This document shows positions 52,129-63,362 of a stretch of 64,000 nucleotides of DNA, one piece after another. The stretch covers positions 168,920-232,919 of the forward strand of contig NIVC01001831.1 of the NCBI GenBank assembly GCA_002269645.1, given 5' to 3'. Position 1 is the stretch's first letter. Each line of letters opens with the position of its first letter. Under the pieces are notes generated by a model. That model was not told the origin of the DNA. It ran no database searches and saw nothing but the letters and a program-made list of their open reading frames with translations. Origin of the DNA: Macrostomum lignano (taxonomy: Eukaryota). A program made the position numbers and the translations under genes.

Positions 52129-52575
52129 ATGACAAAGATTGAAACCAGAACCATCAATAAACTCAATAAAATCATTGAATCAAAGAAACCAGGTCTTATA
52201 TCAATTAAAGGTATCAAAGTAAAAATCGATCCCACGCAGCAAATAGTTCAGTGTAATGAACAAAGACACAGCATCACAGATGAAAAGTCAGGAGGAATCC
52301 TACCATTAGCAGCTCTTATTCCGATCATTGCAGGCGCTGTAAGTGCCGCAGGTGGTGTAGCTGGAGGTGTAGCAACTGCTGTTAAAGCTGGGAATGATAG
52401 AGCCCACCAGCTAGAATTGCAAAAGATTGCAAGAGACAAAGGTATAACAATTAAGGCAGGAGAGGGCTGCCCTGATCCTGATGATTGTGAGCATGAAAAT
52501 TCTGTAAGCAAGTCTGACATTGTCAAAGCCATCATGACATTGCACAATGCTGGGTTTACAATAATGCGTATGTGA
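52129..52575 (+). CDS. Adenovirus protein X (mu)-like core/membrane-active protein
   Basis: SGGILPLAALIPIIAGAVSAAGGVAGGVATAV resembles adenovirus pX RGGILPLLIPLIAAAIGAVPGIASVA. Confidence 0.7.
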   Translation: MTKIETRTINKLNKIIESKKPGLISIKGIKVKIDPTQQIVQCNEQRHSITDEKSGGILPLAALIPIIAGAVSAAGGVAGGVATAVKAGNDRAHQLELQKIARDKGITIKAGEGCPDPDDCEHENSVSKSDIVKAIMTLHNAGFTIMRM

Positions 52576-52698
52576 TGAGGTTTTAAACCCCACGTTATCC
52601 AGCTTCATAAACCTAACGCTACTTATAGGATGTAGAAACAGTTCAACTTTTCTATCAGGGTGGTCACCCTCAAAATTTTTTTTATATTTTCGAGAAAA

Positions 52699-55600
52699 AT
52701 GCCAAAAGCCAATCCAGCAAGAGATTTAGTCAACAAATATTTTTCGTCTCATTTACCCTACCCTACAACCTTACAAGGCGTCTCATTTCAAGACAAAAGT
52801 AATTCACTAAGAGAAGCATGCAAACAAAAGTTCAACACCGACCCTGGTCACCTGGGAAGCTATGAAAAACAGTTGGAAATCATCAATCAATTAGAATCAA
52901 ACCAGTATGCGCCTATAAAAATTCTGCAAAGGAACACCAAGAGAGGAGTCGCAACTTAGTTAACAAATATGAAACTCTCACTGGTGAAAAAGCAAAGTAC
53001 CCACAAAATAAGCAGGAACAAGAGAAATTAGAGCAATTAATCCATTTAAAAGAGTCGGAGCTTGCCACTGAAGAGATTAATTTTGCACAGACGAAGTTTA
53101 CAGAACATTACATAGAGTACACAATCCCAATAAACGGCACCAACGGTACCACCGCAAACATCTACGACTATAAAGACAGCATCCAATCAGTTGTTGATCA
53201 CACACTCAAAACACGCAAGACTTTTAAACTACAGATATCATTCAAGATTGCGTTTTATATGCCTGCAAAACCCACTGAGCATCTCGAGTATTACATGACA
53301 ACAAAGGCAAAGCCATTCACCCCAACAGACACACTGGATCCTTTCCTTCAAGATGTCAATAAGAAAATTGAAGCGTTTACATCCAGAGGTTCCGGGTGGG
53401 TCGTGGGAGGGATTCAAAGAGCGACTGTCATGGTCATGAAATATGACCCACTTAAAGCCTCCTCTTATATAGAGCTCCCGCATAAGCTAGCCGGTAAAAA
53501 AGCTTGCATAAATGTTAAAAATAAAGACAATTGCTGTGCTCTATGGGCAGTTCTTTCTGCACTTTTTAGTGTACCTCACCACCCCGAAAGAACCTCAAAT
53601 TATCAAAATTATTTCAACTACTATCTCATTGAATGCGAAAAGAAGGGAATCAGGTTTGACAAAGGAGGCCTGGCGATCTCTCAGATCCCAAAGCTAGAAG
53701 AAGTGTTTAATAACAAAATTAGAATCACAGTCTTTGAGTGGAGTGAAAAAACTGAGAAAGTTCAACCGGTCAGATGTAGCAAAGACGTTTTAGATCCGAG
53801 GGGAAAAGGCGGACTGAAGTGGATCTTCTAGTGATTGGTAATTTACTAGAGGAGGCTCACTATGTTTGGATTAAAGATCTTTCAAGACTCATTCACAAGC
53901 AGTTGAATAATCATCACGAGGCTGTTGCCATCTGCCGCTTGTGCCTTAAGCATTACAGTGGACCTGAACGCTTTGAAAAGCTAACAGAGCATGAATTATC
54001 ATGCGAGGATCACCCGACAAACTGCTCTCTTCCTTCAGCTGAAGAGAAGTATCTCCGTTTTAAGAACTATCACAAGATGGAGAAGCTCCCATTTGTTGTA
54101 TATGCTGATTTCGAATGCTCAATCATGCCGGAAACTCAAAAACAAACTCAAACTCAAAAACATGTCCCCAATTCAGTAGCATATGCCTTTATTAATACAA
54201 AAGGACTTGTTGAGTATAATTATTTCTTTGGAGAGCAGTGTGTGGAGCAGTTTATTGCCAGAATGTTAGAGTTGCAAAAAGTGATTAGCACCCTTCAACC
54301 TGTTCCAATAATGATGACTGAGGAGGATGAAAGTAATTTCCTATCAGCAACTCATTGCCACATCTGCAGGAAACATTTAACTTGCACTAATATTAAAAAC
54401 CCCACCGTTAGGGACCACTGCCACTTTACTGGGAAATTTAGAGGTGCAGCGCATAACACCTGTAATCTAAAGCTAAAATCGAACATTCATGATCTAACGA
54501 TATTTTGTCACAACGCAAAGAACTATGACATGCATTTAATAGTTGAAAAAATCGGCATGATTCCAGACATACACCTTGATTGCATCGCAGAGAACAAGGA
54601 GAAGTTTAAGTGTGTTGATATTAAACAGGATAATTCGGGTACAGGTAAAATAAGACTGAAGGATTCATATCAATTTCTAGCTGCCAGTCTAGACGAACTA
54701 AGCAAGAATCTAAAAGATGAACAATGTACATATACAAAGATGTTTGCAAGTAAAATTAACAACACTGATGAATCATTTAAACTCCTGAGAACCAAAGGCT
54801 TCTACCCCTATGAAAATATTACTGGGTATCACGTATTTGAAGAAGGTTTACCACCACAGGAGAAGTTCTTTTCAAAGCTAACAGACTCTGGAATCTCTGA
54901 CAAAGACTATGAGCACGCGAAGCATGTCTATAATTACTTTAATTGTCAAAACTTCTTCCAGTATCACCTGCTTTACCTCTTCACAGATGTGTTTCTGCTG
55001 GCTGATGTGTTTGAAACCTTCAGATGCACCTGGTACACAGCATATGGCCTCGATCCAGCACATTATGTGTCTCTGCCTGCCACTAGCTGGGAATCTTTGC
55101 TTAAAATGAAATGGGATCAAGATCCAGATTGGTACATTGAACTTCTTACAGACATTGACATGTACAATTTTGTCGAATCGTCAAAGCGAGGGGGAATCTC
55201 AATTTGTGTTAACAGGTATGCAAAAGCAAACAATCCCTACATTGAATCTTACAATAAGGAGCAGCCCTCAAACTACATTACTTACTTGGACGCTAATAAT
55301 CTCTACGGGTGGGCGATGAGTCAAGATCTTCCAGTTAGAGATTTTCGATGGCTACCCTCATCAGAATTAAATGGGACTTTTCATTGGCTGCCATTTATGA
55401 GGTTGATGTTTACATTCCACCAGAGCTTCACGACTATTTCTCTGACTTTCCACCCTTCCCAGAGAACATCAAGTGCCCGAAAATAATCGAAACTCCCAAT
55501 GATAATAATGGAACTTGGCACCTGTCAGGAACAGAAAAAGAACATACAGAGAAACTAACACAGAATCTAAACAACAAGACACGTTACAAAATCCATTACA

Positions 55601-56567
55601 AACTGCTTCAGTATTTTATCTCACTTGGTTGCAGGGTCACCAAAGTTCACCGGGCTCTTACATTTACAGAGGAAGCGTGGATGAAACCCTACATTGATAA
55701 GAACACCCAGTTTAGGACCAAAGCAACCAACGACTTTGACAAGAACCTCTTTAAGTTGGCCAACAACTCTGTCTATGGCAAGACTCTTGAGAATGAGCGG
55801 AAAAGAACAAACCTGAAACTTGTTACCTCATCAGAGCCTGATGTTATTCAGGCAAATATGTCAAAGCCAACATTCAAAGAACTCCATATCTTTAATAGCT
55901 ACTTAGGTGTGATCATATTTTACAAAACCAAGGTGACGCTGCGCAAGCCGATCTATACAGGTGTCACTGTTCTCGACGAATCAAAACGTCTGATGTACCA
56001 GTTCTTCTATGGCATGAAGCAGCAGTACAAGGATAAAATGAAACTCTTGTACACTGACACAGACAGTTTTATTATGGACATTCAAACAGAAGACATTTAT
56101 CAGGACATGCTGCAGCAAAAAGATTTGTTTGACTTGTCTGAGTATGATGAATCTTTCAGGACGCAGAATGGCGATCAAGTGTTTGACGCCACTAACAAGA
56201 AAGTGATTGGGAAAATGAAGGACGAGATTGCTGGTGACATAATCACTGAATTCATTGGGTTGAGAGCAAAGTCCTATTTTATAAAATGTGAGTCGTCAGA
56301 CCCAATAAAAAATCAAAGGGAATTCCGAAACGTGTGGTTAGGAAGGAAATTAATGAAGCTGAATACAGAGACGCCTTGAATTGCAACAAAAAGACATCAC
56401 ATGAGTTCTCAAAGCTACAATCTAAAAACCATATTATTCACACAATTCAGCAAAAGAAGATTGGACTGTCAGGTGCAGATAACAAGAGATTCATTTTTGA
56501 TGACAATATCAACAGTCTACCGTTCGGGCATTGGAGGTTAGGTTTAGGAGGTGGATATTGGGTTTAG
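52699..56567 (+). CDS. Protein-primed family B DNA polymerase, split by at least 4 frameshifts (~52940, ~53815, ~55375, ~56310)
   Basis: ExoI YADFEC, ExoII HNAKNYD, ExoIII YLFTDV, EndoVII-like CHIC..RDHCH..RGAAH..CN, motif A YLDANNLYG, motif B KLANNSVYGK, motif C YTDTDS, LRAKSY. Confidence 0.95.
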
Positions 56568-56600
56568 GTTTGAGAGAAAGTTTAATAAACCTCATAAAAA

Positions 56601-57002
56601 ATGACAACAAATAACTTTCTTGAAGATTTGGCTAACGAACTGGAAATCCCAAACTTTAGAGGAATATTTATGAGGGACACTCTGCCTGATTTTCCTCTAA
56701 GAAAGGAATGCGGCATCATGAACTTTGACACCACCGATAAGCCAGGATCTCATTGGGTTTGCTGGGTGATTGATCCCGATCGCAAGCACAAGTGTTATTA
56801 CTTCGATAGCTATGGGACGGCAGTACCAGAAGAGCTAAGAAATTATATGAAGGGAAAAAATAATAAAAAAATTTATCGCTCAGACTTTATTCTCCAAGGT
56901 CTTAGCAGTGATATTTGCGGTGAGCTGTGCATGACTGTTTTGTATGCAATGACCAAAACACGAAAGACCTACAAGGAAATTATTCTTGGCTGTGTTTCAT
57001 AG
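56601..57002 (+). CDS. Adenain-like (C5) cysteine maturation protease
   Basis: FRGIFMRD, GSHWVC (His), YFDSYG (Asp), Q....DICG (Gln/Cys). Confidence 0.93.
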   Translation: MTTNNFLEDLANELEIPNFRGIFMRDTLPDFPLRKECGIMNFDTTDKPGSHWVCWVIDPDRKHKCYYFDSYGTAVPEELRNYMKGKNNKKIYRSDFILQGLSSDICGELCMTVLYAMTKTRKTYKEIILGCVS

Positions 57003-57675
57003 GGGTTCATTGTGCATTTCTCGTCGTCCTTCGTTCTCGTCCTTCTTGCCGACTTTCTTTCCACATAATGTTGAAAAACTTTCTCGAGTTCATTTCTCAG
57101 CTGACTCATGTCATCAGTACCGACCATGTTCAAGTTCATTCGAATTGATTGTTCATAAAGATCCTGAATGGTTTTGAACTCATCCTCTGAAATGAACTTA
57201 TCCTCGATTGCCCTTGAAATGTACCCTATGATTGAAGTGTGCACCCCTTTCTCTTTTACTTGCTTCTCCTGTAGCTGCTTTAGTTTTTTTCGCCTGTTTC
57301 GCGCTAATGCTCCAGTAATTGCTGAAATAAGTCCACATGCAGCACCCACAGAGCCGAGCGGGATTGCGATTGGGGCTGTGATGACTGGCAACGTTGAGAC
57401 AGCTGCAGCAGATCCAGATAGAACAGACACAGATCCTAGAATCATATTGCTGTAGTCGAAAAATTTACAGTGGCTTTCATAGCGCTTAATTTTCTTTGTG
57501 TTGTGGAAAATATTTTTTTCAAGATCATCGCGCATTTTTTGAATCTCCACAGTCGAAACTGTTGAGAGTTACAAGTAATGACGGGGTAGAGTTTTTGTTG
57601 CTCATATTGGGGTGCACTAGGTGCACTAGGTGTTGTGGGAGCGTTCGGATCATAAAGAGAATTTTGAGCATCCAT
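56969..57675 (-). CDS. Polinton transmembrane/coiled-coil protein (gasderminX-type), frameshift near 57550
   Basis: N-terminal PSAP..LYP..QQFRL joins EIQKMRDDLEK..RYE; hydrophobic hairpin LGSVSVLSGSAAAVSTLPVITAPIAIPLGSVGAACGLIS; I.RAIEDK.ISEDEF. Confidence 0.7.
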
Positions 57676-57782
57676 TTTTAGGGAATTTTTTAAAAAAAAT
57701 CGGCAACTAGTTGGTGGTGGTTAGATTTGTTTTACGGTTGATTGCTTCGTCTGCAGTGACGGCAACAGGTCTCTGAATCTGC

Positions 57783-58525
57783 CTATTCATTATCTGTGAG
57801 CTCCATTCTACGCATGATCTCAAACAAGTCGGTTGGATCACTTGTTTCCCTTGTGGTCTGTGGTGCCTCTTCAGCGTCAATGTTTTTGAGATTATGCAAG
57901 CGTTCAAGACGACCGATTCTTCTCACCGATTTCTGCCATTCGGTAAAAACTAAATCTACAAAGACTTTATTTGCAGTAATTCTTACTTTGATTTGATCAT
58001 GCAACGCTGTTGACTGAGTCATGAACTCTTCTAAATTCCTCACTTTACATGTGTTGGTTGCGACGTTTTCTTTAATTCTATCATGCAATGCTGTTGACTG
58101 GTTCATGAACTCTTCTAAATTCCTCACTTTAACTGCGTTTGTGAAAACTCCTTCTTCAAGAATGCGCATCCGCCTATCAATGGAGTTTCTCAGAAGATTA
58201 ATTGTCGATGCTAAATTTGTTCTTAAACCGTTGATTTGCGAGACTATCGAAGTTATTTCTGACCTAAGTTCATTAGTTGCGTTTAACAACGGCACATAAA
58301 GCTTATCACTTTCAAACTTCTGCCTAGCTACTTTAAGCCTGAGATCTTCCATGTTTATCTGTAGCTGGTGCATGGAGCGCTCTAATTGTTTCAGTCTGTT
58401 TTTATTCAGTTTGATCTCTGGGATCTTTTCGTCGCTGTTGATATATCGCCTGTCAAGGATGGATATTGAGCTGATGTAAGAGCGCTGTTGCCAGAAATGG
58501 ATTCACCTGCAAAGTTTATCGACAT
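57783..58525 (-). CDS. Coiled-coil hypothetical protein with an internal duplication; frameshift near 58460
   Basis: 196-aa open frame with KVRNLEEFM(N/T)QSTALHD twice; upstream MSINFAGE start in another frame. Confidence 0.65.
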
Positions 58526-58541
58526 CTTTTAATAGCAAATT

Positions 58542-59342
58542 TTAAATTACAGTTCTTTTTTCTTTGCTGATAATCACAAACTGGTAAGGCTGATTCCACT
58601 TGTCATAGCAAAGATTAACGAATTCCTCTTGTGAAATCTTTCTGCTTGAGTTTTTTGTTGGATTTATGAAATAGGCAGGCGCAATGACCTCATTGTAAAA
58701 TCTTTTTAACCTGTCCTGTGGAATGGTTGGAAACAGGAGAATCAGATTGCAGTTCCCACGAATTGTTTTGTTCGGGAGCTCGAACCAGTTCTGTGCAATG
58801 TAAATTACATTACAATTGTTATGTCGCCCTCTTGTAAAATAGTTTTCTATCTGCTTCTGTGGGCCTGTCATACAATCATCAAAGACGATCAAATGCTTTC
58901 TCCCCTTTTCTAGCTCATCTGGTTGGGGTAGAAGTTTGGTCTTTGGATCAGCCTGTGGATCTCCATAGGTGAACACTTTAATGTTCTGCCATTTTTCATT
59001 GTCTTTGAGGTGCTTTGCATATTCGGCAGCTACAATTTCAGGGTTACTGGGAAGGCTCATTTGGTTATTAAAACATGCAATAATGTCCTCTTTGTTCAGC
59101 TTGTTTTGAAGCCCTGCAATCAGCATTCTATACTCATCTTGATACAGTGTGGGAGAGTAGATGTGCAGAGTGTCATAGTCGATAAATCCAGGTCTAAGAA
59201 GCATGTTAAAGACTCTGAATGTTTTACCTGAACCTGACGAACCAACAACAATGCATCTGAAGTGACTCGGGATTGACTCATGATGAGAAAACTTAATCTG
59301 ATTACGCGTCCAGTGAGGATTGAAGTCGTTTGAAAAGTCCAT
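58542..59342 (-). CDS. A32/FtsK-like genome packaging ATPase
   Basis: Walker A VVGSSGSGKT, Walker B LIVFDD, YFTRGRH, YIAQ, IRGN. Confidence 0.95.
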   Translation of the reverse strand: MDFSNDFNPHWTRNQIKFSHHESIPSHFRCIVVGSSGSGKTFRVFNMLLRPGFIDYDTLHIYSPTLYQDEYRMLIAGLQNKLNKEDIIACFNNQMSLPSNPEIVAAEYAKHLKDNEKWQNIKVFTYGDPQADPKTKLLPQPDELEKGRKHLIVFDDCMTGPQKQIENYFTRGRHNNCNVIYIAQNWFELPNKTIRGNCNLILLFPTIPQDRLKRFYNEVIAPAYFINPTKNSSRKISQEEFVNLCYDKWNQPYQFVIISKEKRTVI

Positions 59343-59384
59343 TTTTTTCTATGATGAAAAAAAAATAATTAAATAATAAATAAT

Positions 59385-59572
59385 TTAGATGTGTCATTTC
59401 GGGACTTAGATGTGTCATTTTGGGACTTAGATGTGTCATTTTGGGACTTAGATGTGTCATTTTGGGACTTAGATGTGTCATTTTGGTACTTAATGTGTCA
59501 TTTTGGGACTTAGATGTGTCATTTTGGGACTTAGATGTGTCATTTTGGGACTTAGATGTGTCATTTTGAGAC
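59385..59572 (+). repeat. 21-bp tandem repeat TTAGATGTGTCATTTTGGGAC, ~9 copies, upstream of the ATPase
   Basis: Directly visible. Confidence 0.95.
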
Positions 59573-59615
59573 TAGTCTTGTACCTTTACATTTCTTGTAC
59601 CCTCGGAAAGTACCT

Positions 59616-60001
59616 TTAGTCAAATTTGAAACCACTTCCTTTTTTAATGCTTGCTCTCATCTTCTCATAGACTGCAGGGTCCACACTGTCTGGTTTGGGG
59701 CCAGCGGGGCCAGCGGGCCAGAGGTTGAATCTCTTGTTTAGGTGTTACAGTATCCTTTATCTTTTTGGCTGCTGTGGCTACACTGCCAGCCGCTTCGGCA
59801 ACGTTCTTGATGTTCTCTTTGTTCTCTCCAATGACCTTAAAAATCTTAGCCCCCTGAGCGATCAAATCGGCAAGGCCATTCCCGGAGCGCTTCTTTTCTT
59901 GGATAGTGGCCTGCAGGGAAAAGTCCAGATCCGCGTTTAATAAGATTAAGTTCCTCTTTGTCATAGTATTTGTCAATGTCTTTTTCGAAAATAAGTGGCA
60001 T
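59616..60001 (-). CDS. Small putative virion core protein, reconstructed across two frameshifts (MPLIFEK..KRGSGLF..KKRSGNGLADLIAQGAKIFK..KKGSGFKFD*)
   Basis: Pieces in ORFs 59846-60106 and 59665-59976 plus a third frame ending at TAA 59616; repeated GxG motifs and an amphipathic helix. Confidence 0.6.
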
Positions 60002-60017
60002 TTTTACTTGAAATAAA

Positions 60018-61154
60018 TTATTTTTTGTTGAACCGCGAAAGCAGAAGCTCTCTCGCCCTTTTATCGATGTATTTTCTCTCAAGCATTTTGTCCAGGATGT
60101 TGACAAATTCTTTTCTATTCTCGTCTTTCATTCCGGTCTTTGCCGCTCCTAGAAGAACCGCTACTCGCTTGTAGATTTCAGCTATTCCTTTTCCAGTTGG
60201 GTGGTTGGTCTTGGGGTTGTGGAGTTGGTTGGGCTTGTGGCTGCTGGGGAGGTGATCCAAAAGACTGCTCACTTTCAGAGATGGAACTGTCATGTGGCGC
60301 CTGTCTTTGTTGAGGTGTGAAAACTCTTTGCTTGATTCTGTTCATTCGATCTGGAGAGTGTTGTTCTAAGTGTTGCCAGTCTGTTGGGTGATCATTTTTA
60401 TATTAGCTACTTGAGTCGGATCTGCATTTTCCAGTTGCCTGAGTACTTGTTCTTCTGTGAAATGTTGCTGCTGTTGTGGCGGTTGCTGTTGTTGCTGTTG
60501 TTGTTGTTGTTGTCTTATGACTTCCTGATCCGGCAAACCAAACCATTGTTTAAAGTATTTGTATTTTCTAAATCTGTTCAAGACAATCCGTTTTCATGTA
60601 AAATTTTCAACACCGTTGTTCTTGAGCATATCTATATCCCTATCGAGAGCAAAGTAACAAGATCTTTGTAATTTTTGAGCTGCTTTTTAGACGTATTCTC
60701 TTAGTTTTAGTCATGTAATCAAGTAAGTTTGAGTGAAGGATTCTTTTAGTTTGCGCCTTTTTGAGAAATTTTCCTTTTCATCAATGTTGTAAATCCACGG
60801 TTCTTTATATTTTTTTCGCCACTATTCCAAAACATATTTCCATCATCCACTACGCGGCCAAAAAGTTATCGTCACTTTTCATCTGACGGTTGTTTGGGTT
60901 CCTGAGCCTGTGGTTTCCTGGTGAAGATGGGATTTTACCCAATGTGTTTTGCAAGTGGCTCTCTTGAATATCATCAACTGCTTCTTCACTGATCGAATTT
61001 CTTCTTCTGTGTATCCGGGTTTATGAAACTCTGTGGCTGCTTGGACAAACTCATTGTAGGATTGTTGCTCCTTATTTATTAGCCCGGTAACTCGTTTCTC
61101 TGCTTGTGCTAGCTTCTCCAATTCAGATATCTGCTGTGTACTTTTTCGCTTCAT
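60018..61154 (-). CDS. Conserved Polinton protein, heavily frameshifted (poly-Q segment; C-terminal TGKGIAEIYKRVAVLLGAAKTG..EFVNILDKML)
   Basis: Same-strand ORF fragments; C-terminal motif resembles the Maverick 'RL.LL.....AGN....E...ILD.L' family (from recall). Confidence 0.55.
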
Positions 61155-61184
61155 TTCTTATTTTATTTTATTTTTAGTTAAAAA

Positions 61185-62467
61185 ATGAACGACCCACTGA
61201 CACCAGTTTTCTACAAAATTAACAAGCCTATTTTGAGTGATGATAGCACAATCAAAGCGACTCAGGTAAGAGTTCCCAGTCAGGAAAATCAGAATGAAAC
61301 TAATCTTGGTCCTGGCCAAACACTGACATTTACATACAATGGATGTTCGTCTTTGGTTAGTGTGCACAGTCTTAAGAGCGGCTTCCATATGACATTTCAA
61401 TTCAAGACAAAGGGTGGTGCGGATGCGGCTCGTGCTAACGTTGACAAGCATGATGCGGATGTGGCTCTGATCAGTAACTTTTGGGCGTACATGTTCAAGG
61501 AGTTTAGTGTATCGAATGGGAGCACTGAGTTGGAGCGAATCGCCAACTTTGGAATTGTCTATGACGCTCATTGTTTGATCGAGAATCCTGATTTTATTCA
61601 GTTGGGAAGTGGTGCGGGTTTTATTGCAGATGAAAAAGAAGGAGACATCAATGACAGTGGCTATAAAAAGAGGAAGAAGAGATACAACTATGCATTGCAA
61701 GGTGGATGATGCTGCTAAAACCCGCTGTATCGGTCTGTTGATGTATTTGTACCACTGAGATTCATGAGTGGATTCTGTAATACATTTAATCGACTGACTA
61801 GTAACTTTAGCTACACCTTTAGGATGACTAGAGATGATCGCAGTAGAGTGTTGTGGACTGGGGCGGATCACACAAGGATGGAGGTGAAGCTAACCGGAAT
61901 CGAGCTGTATTTGGAAGTCATTGAGCCAAAGACTGCACTAAAAGCGGATTATCTTAAGGCAATAGAGAAGGACATTGATGTTGCATACACGGCCTACATG
62001 TGTCGAGATGAGCGAAACGAAACTAGAACAAACATCTGCATTAAAGAGGGATCATGCAGCAATCCAGGTATATTATTATTAACATGAGAAACCCAAATAG
62101 CATTATACGCTACATGCATGGAGACGTGCGGTCCATTCAGCATGAAATCAGTGATAATCTTTACCCTGCACTGCCACAAAATGGAGATTTCAGTCAGAAC
62201 AAGATTAGCAAATTTTACAGCGAGTTGGTCGACTTGGCTGTGAAAGAGAACAATGGAATTGCTATCACTGCTCTTCAATATGGAACTCTATATCCAATGT
62301 TTGGCGCTGATGTGTCTGCCAGACAAATGCCTACTGATAACAGCCCTGTGAATATCGTGACTAACATTGAGAGGACTGTCGCAACACCCGTGGACCTGTA
62401 CATTATCTATGCATTTGAGAGGAAGGTGAAGCTTAACATGATCAACAATTCATCCAGTAAAGTTTAA
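61185..62467 (+). CDS. Major capsid protein (double jelly-roll type), frameshifts near 61705 and 62065
   Basis: Three collinear fragments totalling ~425 aa, beta-rich; N-terminal SDDSTI, YPLRFMSGF, LYPALP..F, YPMFGADVSARQ; located before the penton gene. Confidence 0.8.
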
Positions 62468-62491
62468 ATATTTTTTTTGTGGGTGAAAAAA

Positions 62492-63353
62492 ATGGAAGCT
62501 ATAGCCGAAAGACTAAACAATATTATTTCGCACTCCAAGGAGAGCATTCCTATTACAATAACTGGGCGGATTAATGACTCAAACGGGATATTTGTTCAAA
62601 AATTAGAGCAGGCGATTAGCCTGGATCCAGGTGCTAATTACCATGTCTATCTTAACGACTTCACTGGTTGGTCAAACGTTCCCAATGTGACGGCAGCAAA
62701 TAATAAGTTTTATTACAAATGGAAAGGTGCAGCAGCAGAACCTGTGGTATTCCCTGTGAGCACGCAAAGTGTGGATACCTACAATTACTTTCTAGAAAAC
62801 GTCTTTACTAAAAGAGGCCATTTTGAGACACCTGATATGAGTAAGCCAGAGAAGAAACTGTTCCCTGTTAAACTAACCTATGATCTCACTGTAATGAGAG
62901 TGGTCATGCAAGTTCACAAAGATGCGGAGGTTGAGTTTAAAGATGACACTTGGTATAGGAATTGGGATTCGTGAAGAAAGTTTATAAGCAGAATCCACAG
63001 CGCGGACTGTCACTCAAGCATCGGGGGCCGTTAGCATGGCCCGGGAAAGTGTACGCGGTTTGTTCTTAGCACCCAATATAGCAGACATTGTAAAGGGTTT
63101 GAATATTCTAATCAGAACTAATCTCAGTCTTGATTGGGTATTTAAGGGAAAGCGAACTAATATTTTGTACAACATCTCCAACTCTGTAGCTGGAGGACAG
63201 ATGGTGGTAGAGAAACCAAATCCAGTGAAAAGAGTTGTATTGAGTAATAAGGAGATTCACGAGATTGTGCTTCAGTTTGAGACTGAAGATGGGATGGGCG
63301 TTGATTTTAATGGGGAAGAGTTTGTATTGACGTTAATCATTGAGAGAATGTGA
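62492..63353 (+). CDS. Minor capsid (penton, single jelly-roll) protein, frameshift near 62970
   Basis: AISLDP..Y.VYL.DF.GWSNVPNVT..NNKFYY; GK..NILY......G...VE.P; I.EI.L....EDG..VDFNGE...LTLII. Confidence 0.82.
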
Positions 63354-63362
63354 AAATCACAA

